Shown: one piece after another, positions 1 through 9,653 of the stretch | Position numbering within the stretch: the first letter of the stretch is position 1 | Layout of the letters: every line of letters begins with the position of its first letter | Assembly (NCBI GenBank): GCA_965232515.1 | Contig: CBDDPY010000002.1 | Location: forward strand, 5,664,001 to 5,728,000 | Origin: Alphaproteobacteria bacterium | GTDB taxonomy: Bacteria; Pseudomonadota; Alphaproteobacteria; GCA-2731375 | DNA: 64,000 nt | Direction of reading: 5' to 3' | Notes under the pieces: model-generated | The model's database searches: none | What the model was told of the DNA's origin: nothing | The model's input: only the letters and a program-made list of their open reading frames with translations | Made by a program: the position numbers and the translations under genes

Positions 1-554
1 TTTCCATCAAGACATCTGTTATGAATCGCTTTTCTTTCTTTTCATTAGTTTCCCTCCTTATCCGTATTAAATCTTGGGTTTTAGAACTAGAAAACAATGC
101 ATTATGCAAATCCGATGCATGAGTATTTCGCAATCTTGCATAGAAAAAAGCCAAATCTATCTCGCCCATTTCAGCGAAAGCCACGGATATTTTTCGAAAT
201 TTTCTCCCTTCAATTTTGTAAATTCTTGGAGAATACATCATTTCTGCAGATATTTTGTTTTTGTATCGGCTCAGATCAAGATTAGATGATTTTAGCAGAT
301 TGTAGCTTGACGAAAGCAATTCGATTTTTTTTTGCAAACCAATCCTTCTCAACTAAGACATCATTTTCGTTCATAAAAAAGGGACCATAGTTTGTTTTCA
401 TAACGGTATCGAAGTAAGCGGCTACGGCACACATCCGATCTGGAGCTTTGAGGCACTGAAATGTGTAAGATTCTGACCCAGCATGAGGAACAAGAAACGT
501 GTTCAATAGGAAAAAAATTGGAAGAAAAAGATAGTGCTTTATTTTTGTTGTCAT
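1..554 (-). pseudogene. Frameshifted gene for a putative secreted protein that runs off the window edge
   Basis: RBS AAAAGGAGA precedes ATG 554, followed by a signal-peptide-like N-terminus. The frame stops at 282. Removing one base from the T9 tract at 325-333 gives a frame that stays open to position 1. Confidence 0.5.
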
Positions 555-1118
555 GATGTCTCCTTTTGACCTAAGCGGGTCAATCCGATACGGGATCTCG
601 GCGATGAAGTGTCTGGGAATGACGACTTTTGTTGGATAACGAGATCCTTAAAGGGTATTTCGTTGGATAAATTGTTGCTCGGTTCTGCAGGCGTCGCAAC
701 CAACTTCTAAACCCAAGATTGCCGAATCATGCAGAACTCGCATTTTGTAGAATAGATTGATTGTCCAAGATGGCAGTTGTCATTATCGGACTAATCCCGA
801 TTCAGCCGACAGATATTAGGGCTGTTTCCTTGCAGCTTGCGACAGGCCTTACACCGCAGCTTTGTTAGGCTCGATTACCCGCGTATAACCCCGCCAGCGG
901 CGACCAAAGTTATCGGGATGTAATACCGTTCGGTTTCAGCGTTTAACACACACGGCCTCAAAGCGATCGCACTAGCCGAGGTCTTCCAGCCAGACCGCAT
1001 AACGGCTGTCGATGGAGATGTTCTTTATATGTTGCATTCAGGCCGACGATAAGAAAACCGGTACGAGAGGCCAGTGGGTCTTACGCGGACCGGCCCTTTC
1101 CGGGGAAGCTTTGGGGCC

Positions 1119-1430
1119 ATGTGGAACCTCTACAGCCTGACGACCAATCAGGAAGCCATCAGGCGGTTTTTTGAAACGCAACGCGAAGAGGACGGTAACC
1201 TACCGCTTTTCCCGGCTGTCTTTCCGGGAAACGATGCGCCGGCTGTCCGGCTTGCAGAGGATCAGGCCGGCGAGCCGGCGATGATGAGTTGGGAGTTTGT
1301 GCTGCTCCAGCAGGGCAAAACGCCGAAGAGCGTGACCACAAGCTCACGACAAAAAGATTGCAGCCAGCCCATTCTGAAGATTATCCGTCGCCAGCTGCCG
1401 CCGCCTATTTTTTTGATCCGGCGTGCGTAA
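1119..1430 (+). pseudogene. Truncated SOS response-associated peptidase (SRAP/YedK family) remnant
   Basis: MWNLYSLTTNQEAIRRFF...GNLPLFPAVFP...APAVR resembles alphaproteobacterial SRAP N-termini (MCNLYS...). The catalytic Cys2 is Trp here, and similarity ends after about 75 aa. Confidence 0.65.
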
Positions 1431-1514
1431 TCAAAAATCGGCAATAACGTCTAGAATTACCCAAAACTTTTAGTCAATATCAATTGTTCCCTTCAACAAC
1501 GAGGCAGAGTTCTG

Positions 1515-2195
1515 ATGTCCATGTCCGGCGATCATGAGGACTTGCTTATGGAAGAGGCGCGTCTCCGTCACTTGGAATTCGAGGAATTTTTGTCAGACTT
1601 CAGATATTTTAGAACCAACTATGCAGAATTTTTGAAGCCTTTGGAAGAATTACAGAAACAATACTATAAGTCACAACACAATCAATCTGAAAGATACAAT
1701 CTAAAATCTGCAATGCGGCTAAGTCGCCCGATTAATAGAAAAAGCAGCTCTGTAGAATCAGATCTTCTCCGACGCGCAGGAAATGCTTTAAGGAAAAAGA
1801 TGAATGAACGAAGACCATACAATGACGGTGCCTATTTGGAGAATGGCCCTAATGCCATTCAAATGGAAAAGTACATGGAGGAATTTTCTAGTGAATACTG
1901 GAAGGAATTTGCCCTAAAATTGGGCATTGGCGGTAACAAATATGGTGTGATAATTGGCTTGGGAATCTATGTTTTTCTTCATAGTGAAACGGGTAAAGAA
2001 TTTATGGGAAATACATATGGAAAACTTGGATATAAAATGGGTTGGGTAATTGATAATAGATCCGTTATTTATACTAAAATCAGATATGAATACTCAGAAT
2101 CTATTCAGGAAATCTATGGTACTGCCGATTTTATTTTAAGAAATGCTGATTTTGTTTTCTTGCCATACGGCCCGAGCATCTACAGTTCTTACTGA
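1515..2195 (+). CDS. Hypothetical protein (AT-rich)
   Basis: 226-aa ORF in AT-rich DNA with GAGG upstream; no recognisable motif. Confidence 0.65.
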   Translation: MSMSGDHEDLLMEEARLRHLEFEEFLSDFRYFRTNYAEFLKPLEELQKQYYKSQHNQSERYNLKSAMRLSRPINRKSSSVESDLLRRAGNALRKKMNERRPYNDGAYLENGPNAIQMEKYMEEFSSEYWKEFALKLGIGGNKYGVIIGLGIYVFLHSETGKEFMGNTYGKLGYKMGWVIDNRSVIYTKIRYEYSESIQEIYGTADFILRNADFVFLPYGPSIYSSY

Positions 2196-2228
2196 AAATT
2201 CTAAATCAAGTAAATTGGGGGAGTTCTG

Positions 2229-3824
2229 ATGCCAAAAGACTCAAAAACGAAAATTGATGAAACAAATCGAGATTGGCGATTATTGATCAATGAATTCACC
2301 AAATCTTACCAGATTCCGAAAGAAATTGATGATATAATAAAAGGAGAATTCTCGAATAAATTACTTGAACGGCTTGATGTCGACTTCGATTCGTTACCAA
2401 ATGCGGATTACGAGAAATATTCTCCACTTCATTTCGAGCCGTTGCTTGAAGAAGCGATAGAATTATTGGATGGGTGCGCTGCGATTAGAAGTTCTTGGAA
2501 CGAAAATGCAATACAATTAGCCGATTTTATGACGGAGATATTGGAATTCATAAGTAAGGATGTTGTTCAGTCGAAAGAAAGCGATGCTGGATTTTATCGA
2601 CTGAAAGTAGATGAAATTAGATACAAATTTGATTCTGAAAGTGAATTTATTGCTCGGTCTGAAGAAGCATTAACAACTTTGACTGCAAATTTGGACAACA
2701 ATTGGAGTCGCGAAGCGATAGCGGAACAGAAATTAGTGGCAAGCTTGAATGCAGAGGTTTCGTCTAAGGAATTGCATGAAGCGGGCAGTCATAGAAATTA
2801 TGTACAACACGAAACGGAACTTCTTGGTAAAAAAACCAAGCCACAGCATGTCCGGCGATATCAGGAAATCATGTCCGAGCACAGATTAAAGGTCGAACAT
2901 GCTTCGCTAAAGTCGAGAATTCGCTCTTTGGAGGGTGCCATTAGTTCTGCTGCAAAAAGGCGTGATGGCTATGAACAACAGTTATTATATGCTGAAAACG
3001 AGATGAATTTTTTGAGAAGAAGGTACGAGATTGACAAGCGATTGATACAGTTGAAGATGAAAATGCTACTTCAAAAGAACGGTATCGTGAATTACCCAGC
3101 AAGGAAAGCGAGAATGAAGGAGATTTTTGAAAATGATTTTTTGAAATCAATTCAGAAGCTTTTATCTGTTGCAGTCGGAATGAAAGAGATGATGGGATAC
3201 CAAAACGGTTTTCCCAAAAGCGGAAAAGGTAGTTTTTTTGATGAGTGCGAAAAATGGGCAGATGATGCACTGGAGTATTTGAGAATACAATCAAGAGCGG
3301 ATCAGTTATTAGTGTTGCCTATTTCATTGCGCTCATACGAGCAGGATAAATTTAATGCGGGTCGACGGAAAGGCATTTGGGAATTTACGGTGTTTGATGA
3401 AGAAGAACGCGGTACCAACGCCTATCAAAATTCATTGGCCAAATTTCTGAAAAACTTCTGGTGCGTTCGGCTAAGGGGCATGAGTGCGTATGTAAATCTT
3501 TCAAATGGTGGAACCGGCGCCACAGATGCTTGGCAGCTATTGGTTAGGCTACCTGCCAAAGGCTACGTTCGCAGAAAAGATGGGACTCTAGTCAATCTCA
3601 CTGGGCAAGATTGGTTGCCGCCAGTATCTATCGGCAGAGCGATGGGTAGTTATCGTGATTTCGTACCCGACAAGACAGGTGTAAAAGTTTTGCACAATGC
3701 AAGCCCGTTTGGAAAGTGGCGAGTAGAGTTAGCTGATCGATCAACGCACAACAGAACATTGGACAAGGTCGAAGATCTTCAACTAGACCTCCATCTGATT
3801 GTGCAGGCTACATCCCAACCATGA
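2229..3824 (+). CDS. Coiled-coil protein with a C-terminal domain resembling the Tc toxin TcA TcB-binding domain
   Basis: 531-aa ORF with RBS GGGGAG and a long helical middle region. C-terminal pattern: PISLRSY..G.WEF / VRLRGMSAYV / SPFGKWRVEL / VEDLQLDLHL. Confidence 0.5.
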   Translation: MPKDSKTKIDETNRDWRLLINEFTKSYQIPKEIDDIIKGEFSNKLLERLDVDFDSLPNADYEKYSPLHFEPLLEEAIELLDGCAAIRSSWNENAIQLADFMTEILEFISKDVVQSKESDAGFYRLKVDEIRYKFDSESEFIARSEEALTTLTANLDNNWSREAIAEQKLVASLNAEVSSKELHEAGSHRNYVQHETELLGKKTKPQHVRRYQEIMSEHRLKVEHASLKSRIRSLEGAISSAAKRRDGYEQQLLYAENEMNFLRRRYEIDKRLIQLKMKMLLQKNGIVNYPARKARMKEIFENDFLKSIQKLLSVAVGMKEMMGYQNGFPKSGKGSFFDECEKWADDALEYLRIQSRADQLLVLPISLRSYEQDKFNAGRRKGIWEFTVFDEEERGTNAYQNSLAKFLKNFWCVRLRGMSAYVNLSNGGTGATDAWQLLVRLPAKGYVRRKDGTLVNLTGQDWLPPVSIGRAMGSYRDFVPDKTGVKVLHNASPFGKWRVELADRSTHNRTLDKVEDLQLDLHLIVQATSQP

Positions 3825-4376
3825 CAACCACAAACCGATACCCTAGAGATCAGCTTGCAGCATAGAATTCCACTCATCAAACGTCTCAAACAAACGGTTC
3901 GAACTTTCTCCTCCAAGGCGCACCGTCGGGCACTCCATGAATAGGTTCGAGTCCTTGCCTGTCGTCGTGTTTACGCTATGCGCAAGATGTCCCCTGTGTA
4001 TTACGGGGGCATCTTGGCAAGGGAAACCCCTTCGGTTTCCCGTTGCATCCCTTCCCGCCGTGGCGCTTTCAGGCATCGAGCCTTCTTGCGCCAATTCAGC
4101 GTATCGCCGCTTACCACTCGCAGGACGTTTGGCCGCCTGCACCCACCATTCAGGGAGACTTCGCTCTCCCCGAAACCCCATCGACCAGGCGTATGCCGCC
4201 ATGGACCAGCACCAAGGTTTCGCCCTTGGAGGCGACCAACCCTGTGCGGATTGGATGCGCGTCAGCGTTTAGGCTCTGCCCTTCAAGGAGCACCTCTGGA
4301 TACAATTGGTTGTGCATGAAAGCAATTTTCTCTCTTTTTGTTAGAGAAATGTGTATCCACCGGTTACACTACCTGC

Positions 4377-4598
4377 TTGGCAGACAAGGACGTAGGGCTT
4401 CGCATCCGGGTACAGCGAGACCTCCGCGAACGCTTCGCGGAGATTTGCCGTGACCAGGACAAACCCGTCGCGCAGGTAATCCGCGAGTTTATGCGCGAAT
4501 ATGTTGCACGCCACGCCTTAGGACTTGTCGAGCAGCTAGAAGCCCGGCCAAGCACGGAGCATGCCCGGAAAGAGACGGCGAGCAGAGAGCGGGGTTAA
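4377..4598 (+). CDS. Ribbon-helix-helix (CopG-like) DNA-binding protein
   Basis: KDVGLRIRVQRDLRERFAEICRDQDKPVAQVIREFMREYV has a beta-alpha-alpha pattern; TTG start assumed. Confidence 0.7.
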   Translation: MADKDVGLRIRVQRDLRERFAEICRDQDKPVAQVIREFMREYVARHALGLVEQLEARPSTEHARKETASRERG

Positions 4599-4772
4599 CA
4601 ACAACACTAGAGGAGAGTTTTGCCTCAGACCGCTGCGAGAGTTCGGAACGCCAGCTCGTTCGTGTGGTCCATCGCGCAAATCCCTCGCAGCGGGCTTGCA
4701 ATGGTCGAGCAAGGCAAGGGATCAACACCGTTTCACATACTCGCGCAGCTTTTTCCCGGAGGTGCCTGAGCT

Positions 4773-6275
4773 ATGCCTACACCAATCACAGCCTCAATGC
4801 TCTACGATTTGGTCTCATGCCCGCATCGGGTGACCATGGACATCTTTGCCGATCCGGCTGAACGCGACGCGCCAAACGCGTTTGTCGAACTTCTGTGGGA
4901 GAAGGGTTCGATCTACGAGAAGGAGGTCATTGAAGGGCTGGAAGTGCCCCTCACCGATCTCTCCATGTACGCCGGTGACGAAAAAGAGCGGCTAACTCTT
5001 GAGGCCATGGTGCGAGGTGACCCGCTGATTTACGGTGCCCGTATCCAGGCCGAAGGTTTGCTTGGAGATCCCGATCTACTTCGCAATGAGGGTTACGGCT
5101 ATATCGCCGGTGACATCAAATCTGGATCGGGCGAAGAGGGTCCTGAGGACCATTCAAAGCCCAAGAAGCACTATGCTGTGCAACTCGGCCTCTACACAGA
5201 CATTCTGGAACGTAAGGGCCTTTCTGCCGGTAAGCGCGCGTTTATCTGGGATATCAATGGTGACGAGGTCACCTACGATTTCACGGAGCTTCACGGCAAG
5301 AGGAACCCGCGCACGCTCTGGCAAGATTATCAGGACTGCCTTTCTGAAGCAGATGAAATTGTCGAACAGTCCACGGAGACGCTTGCCGCCTACAGTGGCA
5401 TCTGCAAGCTCTGCCACTGGTACAGCGCTTGCGTCTCGCGCTTGAGCGAAGCAAACGATCTTACCTTGATCCCTGAGCTAGGCCGGTCGAAACGCGACGT
5501 ATTGCGGGACCGCGTCAAAACTATCCGAGAGCTCGCGGACGCCGATCCCTGTGATTTTCTGGATGGCAAGAAAACGGTCTTTCCCGGAATTGGTCCTGCC
5601 ACTCTGGAGAAGCTTCATGCCCGCGCGAAGCTGATTACTTCCGGGAAAAAGGCAAAGCCCTACCTACGTGAGCCCGTAACGCTGCCAGTTGCTGACCTGG
5701 AGCTATACTTCGATATCGAAGTCGATCCTATGCGGGACATCTGTTACCTGCACGGCTTTGTTGAGCGGCAAGACGGTAACAACGATTCAGAGCGATTTGT
5801 TGCCTTTTTTGCGGAGGAGCCATCCGAAGAGGCCGAAAAGAAGGCTTTCCAGGATGCTTGGCGCTACATGCAGGAGAGCCAGCCTTGCGTGATTTATTAC
5901 TACTCAAAATATGAGCGAACGATCTATCGAAAGCTTCGTGAGAAATATCCCGATGTTTGTACTGAAGACCAGCTAGAGGCTCTGTTTGATCCCAATCGAG
6001 CCATAGACCTGTATTTTGACGTGGTGCTCAAGGCTACGGAGTGGCCTACACGAGATTTCTCTATCAAGACGCTCGCGAAATATCTTGGTTTTGACTGGCG
6101 CGACACACACCCGTCCGGTGCGGCTTCCATTGAATGGTTTCATAGATGGGTAGAAACGGGCGATACGACGATCCGCCAACGTATTCTTGACTACAACGAA
6201 GATGATTGCCGTGCGACGCGCGTTCTGCGCGACGCCATCGACGGCCTTGCCCGAATGCCGGAGGAGGCCGCATGA
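4773..6275 (+). CDS. TM0106-family RecB/Cas4-like nuclease with a C-terminal RNase H-like domain
   Basis: CPHR; PD-(D/E)xK-type GDPDLL...DIKS...YAVQL; CKLCHWYSAC; C-terminal YFDIE...YNEDD. Confidence 0.85.
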   Translation: MPTPITASMLYDLVSCPHRVTMDIFADPAERDAPNAFVELLWEKGSIYEKEVIEGLEVPLTDLSMYAGDEKERLTLEAMVRGDPLIYGARIQAEGLLGDPDLLRNEGYGYIAGDIKSGSGEEGPEDHSKPKKHYAVQLGLYTDILERKGLSAGKRAFIWDINGDEVTYDFTELHGKRNPRTLWQDYQDCLSEADEIVEQSTETLAAYSGICKLCHWYSACVSRLSEANDLTLIPELGRSKRDVLRDRVKTIRELADADPCDFLDGKKTVFPGIGPATLEKLHARAKLITSGKKAKPYLREPVTLPVADLELYFDIEVDPMRDICYLHGFVERQDGNNDSERFVAFFAEEPSEEAEKKAFQDAWRYMQESQPCVIYYYSKYERTIYRKLREKYPDVCTEDQLEALFDPNRAIDLYFDVVLKATEWPTRDFSIKTLAKYLGFDWRDTHPSGAASIEWFHRWVETGDTTIRQRILDYNEDDCRATRVLRDAIDGLARMPEEAA

Positions 6276-7504
6276 CCAACTCGCAGCCCAAGCAGGATGC
6301 ACAAAAGACGCTCTCAGACCTGAGGGATCATCTCGCCCGCCACGACAAACCAATAGCATTCTTTTTCGGTGCGGGAACCTCCTGCGCGGTTAGGGTCCCC
6401 CACCCGGTTGATAAAGACAAGACGCTGCCGTTGATACCTGCCGTCGCTGGACTGACAAAGATTTGCCAAGAAGAAGCGAGTGGGTTAGGCGAGAAATACA
6501 AAAATGCCTGGACCTCGATTGAGACCAATTGCAAGGAAATCGGGCAAGACCCGAACGTCGAAAACATACTCTCTCGCCTGCGCATGATGCTGAGTGCCGT
6601 CGGTAACACCGATACCTTGTCCGGCCTGAAGAGAGATGAGATTGAAACACTTGAGGAGTCTGTTCGGAAGACAATAGCGAAGGTTGTCACGCCTGACCTG
6701 GACGTTGTTCCGAATGACCATCCCCACCGGAAGTTTGCGCGATGGCTTGCAAAAACATCACGCCAGAACCCGGTCGAGATATTTACCGTGAACTATGATG
6801 TGCTCATTGAGCACGCTCTTGAGGCTGAACGCATTCCAGTTTTTGACGGCTTCGTCGGCAGCTATCAACCCTTTTTTCACTCCGATAGCCTTCGCAGGCT
6901 TGAATCTGCGCCTGGTGTTAACTGGACTCGGCTCTGGAAGATGCATGGCTCTGTCACTTGGCGTCGTATTGAGAAAGACAACCGCTTTCGTGTTGTGAGG
7001 GGCGAACCCGACACGGGCGGAGAAATGATTTATCCATCGTTTGAGAAATACGATGAGTCTCGCCAGCAGCCATATTCCGCCTTTACAGACCGCTTGAGCC
7101 GCTTCCTCGAGCAAGATGATGCACTTCTGATCGTCGCCGGCTTTAGCTTTGGCGACGAACACATAAACAACCTTGTTTTTGGAGCCCTGGAAAACAGGCT
7201 AAGGACACACGTCTACGCCCTTCAGTTTGATGAGCTGCCGGACGATAACGACCTGATCAAGCGTGCGGTCCAGCGGCCAAACATGATTGTGATGGGACCT
7301 AAGACCGGAATTATTGGCGGTCGTCGCGGAGCATGGGCACCTGTCGAAAGCCCGGAATCCATGGGAGTCGCGTTCGAGTTAATAGACTTTGATGCCGCGG
7401 AAGAAAGCGAGGGAGGAGGAGGTGAAGACGCCAAGTCGGGCTTAATGAAGATCGGTGGCTTTGGCTCATTCTGCGATTTTCTTGAATCTATGACAGCGAG
7501 CTAG
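6272..7504 (+). CDS. SIR2-like NADase (SIR2_2) defence effector
   Basis: Motifs FFFGAGTS, TVNYD, KMHGS, GFSFGDEHIN. ATG 6272 follows GAGGAGG and overlaps the upstream stop (ATGA). Confidence 0.9.
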   Translation: MTNSQPKQDAQKTLSDLRDHLARHDKPIAFFFGAGTSCAVRVPHPVDKDKTLPLIPAVAGLTKICQEEASGLGEKYKNAWTSIETNCKEIGQDPNVENILSRLRMMLSAVGNTDTLSGLKRDEIETLEESVRKTIAKVVTPDLDVVPNDHPHRKFARWLAKTSRQNPVEIFTVNYDVLIEHALEAERIPVFDGFVGSYQPFFHSDSLRRLESAPGVNWTRLWKMHGSVTWRRIEKDNRFRVVRGEPDTGGEMIYPSFEKYDESRQQPYSAFTDRLSRFLEQDDALLIVAGFSFGDEHINNLVFGALENRLRTHVYALQFDELPDDNDLIKRAVQRPNMIVMGPKTGIIGGRRGAWAPVESPESMGVAFELIDFDAAEESEGGGGEDAKSGLMKIGGFGSFCDFLESMTAS

Positions 7505-7510
7505 ACCACT

Positions 7511-9382
7511 ATGCCGCTCGCTGACCCTACATATATTGGCCAAGTCGCTTCCGTCACGGGGGCCGTTGTCCGCGTACGTCTTCGTGAGGACATGCCGTCA
7601 ACGCTGGTCATGATCGGCGGTGAATCCTATCGTGTGGGACAGATTGGCGGATTCTTCCGCGTCCCTCTTGGTTACGCCAACCTCTACGCAGTTTGCACTC
7701 AAATCGGCGCAGACGCCGCCCCTCCCGGCAGCGCTGAGGAAACTTTCGGAGCAGCACTGGAAACCGAGACCCAGGCGCGCCTCTCGGGCTTTCGCTGGAT
7801 GACGATTGTCTTATTTGGCGAAGGACTTGGCACCGAATTTGAGCGCGGCGTCGGTCAATATCCGACCGTTGGGGACGAAGTGCACCTTGTCACCAATGAT
7901 GACCTCAAGATCATCTATGGCTGGGCGAAAGGAAAAAAAGGCACGATCTCTGTCGGGCAGATAGCTGCCACATCAGGCATATCAGCCGATGTCAGTGTAG
8001 CCGGACTTGTCAGCCGCCACAGCGCGATCGTTGGTTCTACCGGTGCAGGCAAATCGAACCTCGTCACCGTTCTCATGGAAACGGTTTCTGATGGAAGCCT
8101 GCCCAACGCCCGTGCGATCGTGATTGATCCTCACGGGGAGTACGCGACTGCACTAGGCGATAGAGCAAGAGTGTTTCGTATCAGGCCCGACGAAAAAGCA
8201 GGAGAAAGACCATTATGGGTCCCATTTTGGGCGCTGCCCTTTTCGGAACTTCAGCTGCTTACACTTGGCGGACTCCAACCCAACCACGAAGCTGCGATAC
8301 GCGATCAAGTCCTCGACATGAAGACGGCGGCTGCCGAGCGCCTAGCTATTCCTCCACCGCCTGAGACACTTACAGCGGACTCGCCCGTTCCGTTCAGCAT
8401 CAACAAGCTCTGGTACGACCTTGACTGCTTCGAACGTGTTACGTTTCGAGCAACTGGCAATCAGCAGACAGAGGATCAGGCCTACCCACCAGACGAAGTT
8501 GGGGACGCCAGTCAACTCAGACCTGACCGTTATCCCGCTGCTAGTCCCTATAACGAGGCTCCTTACAAGAACCAGCGAAAGCGGAACCTTGAACGCCACC
8601 TAGACTTGATGCGGAGCAGATTGAAGGACAGCCGGTTTTCCTTCCTTTTTTCACCCGGCGGTGGTTATGAGCCCAATCTGAATGGTGAAATACAAAACGA
8701 TCTGGATGCATTGGTTCGAGAATGGGTTGGCCACGAAAAGCCGATAACAATTTTTGATGTTTCGGGACTTCCGTCCGAAGTGCTCCCGACAATTGTCGGC
8801 ACCATGCTTCGCGTGGTTTACGACACGTTGTTCTGGGCACAGGATTTGCCGATAGGCGGACGGCAGCAGCCGCTCCTTGTCGTTCTAGACGAAGCCCACC
8901 GCTTTGTTCCAGAAGGGGAGGATTCTTCCGCTCATCGCACCCTGTCCACGATTGCGAAAGAAGGCCGTAAATACGGGACAGGCCTCATGTTCGTGACGCA
9001 GCGGCCGTCCGAAATTGATAGCGCCGTGTTGAGCCAGTGCGGTTCACTTATTGCTTTGCGGATAACCAACTCATCAGATCGTAGCAAGGTCAGCGCCGCA
9101 ATACCGGATGACCTTGGCGGGCTAATTGAGCAGCTACCCTCGTTACGAACTGGGGAAGGAATCTTTCTCGGTGAAGTTATGCCTATCCCTTCGCGCGTGC
9201 GGGTGCGCAAGGCGACGGAAAAGCCTGTTGGAGATGACCCCAAACTTCCTGACGTATGGCAAGTGGAAGAACGCCCTGACGGGGGCCTCTACTCCCGTGC
9301 TCTGGCGAACTGGCGTGCGCAATCTACATCCGTGCAGATGGAGAAAAATGGAAACGAAGGGGAGGAACCTGACAATGCCTGA
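7511..9382 (+). CDS. herA: HerA/DUF87 ATPase with an N-terminal HAS barrel
   Basis: Walker A GSTGAGKS, IDPHGEY, Walker B VVLDEAHRF, KEGRKYG, TQRPSEI. Confidence 0.9.
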   Translation: MPLADPTYIGQVASVTGAVVRVRLREDMPSTLVMIGGESYRVGQIGGFFRVPLGYANLYAVCTQIGADAAPPGSAEETFGAALETETQARLSGFRWMTIVLFGEGLGTEFERGVGQYPTVGDEVHLVTNDDLKIIYGWAKGKKGTISVGQIAATSGISADVSVAGLVSRHSAIVGSTGAGKSNLVTVLMETVSDGSLPNARAIVIDPHGEYATALGDRARVFRIRPDEKAGERPLWVPFWALPFSELQLLTLGGLQPNHEAAIRDQVLDMKTAAAERLAIPPPPETLTADSPVPFSINKLWYDLDCFERVTFRATGNQQTEDQAYPPDEVGDASQLRPDRYPAASPYNEAPYKNQRKRNLERHLDLMRSRLKDSRFSFLFSPGGGYEPNLNGEIQNDLDALVREWVGHEKPITIFDVSGLPSEVLPTIVGTMLRVVYDTLFWAQDLPIGGRQQPLLVVLDEAHRFVPEGEDSSAHRTLSTIAKEGRKYGTGLMFVTQRPSEIDSAVLSQCGSLIALRITNSSDRSKVSAAIPDDLGGLIEQLPSLRTGEGIFLGEVMPIPSRVRVRKATEKPVGDDPKLPDVWQVEERPDGGLYSRALANWRAQSTSVQMEKNGNEGEEPDNA

Positions 9383-9590
9383 AATGCATTTGGTTGACTC
9401 ATCAAATATTGAAGCCATCGGTTTTGATCCTGACAATCAGGAACTACATGTGCGGTTTCTGAAGTCGGGTGAAACTTACGTTTACTACGGCGTTGAGGAC
9501 TGGGTTTTTCAGGAATTTTTGCAAGCAGATTCCAAAGGTACTTATCTCAACACCAACATTAAAGACCGCTACCAGTACGGTAAGCTGTGA
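9375..9590 (+). CDS. KTSC domain protein (71 aa)
   Basis: VDSSNIEAIGFD...LHVRF..G..Y.Y..V......A.SKG.Y.N..IK signature. RBS GGAGG; overlaps the herA stop. Confidence 0.85.
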   Translation: MPEMHLVDSSNIEAIGFDPDNQELHVRFLKSGETYVYYGVEDWVFQEFLQADSKGTYLNTNIKDRYQYGKL

Positions 9591-9653
9591 ACCAAAGTCT
9601 GTAAGCTCGTTTTCGTGCGTCCGACATGGCTGTACCCGGTTCTGCTAGCCCGC

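Noticed and set aside
600-1070. Integron attC sites (several TAAC/GTTA motifs, e.g. GTTAGGC near 865)
   Set aside because: No matching R''/R' pair with an internal palindrome was found, and there is no integron integrase.
3843-4453. Overlapping short ORFs between the AT-rich cargo and the RHH gene
   Set aside because: They have no motifs and overlap one another; non-coding att/hairpin DNA explains the region better.
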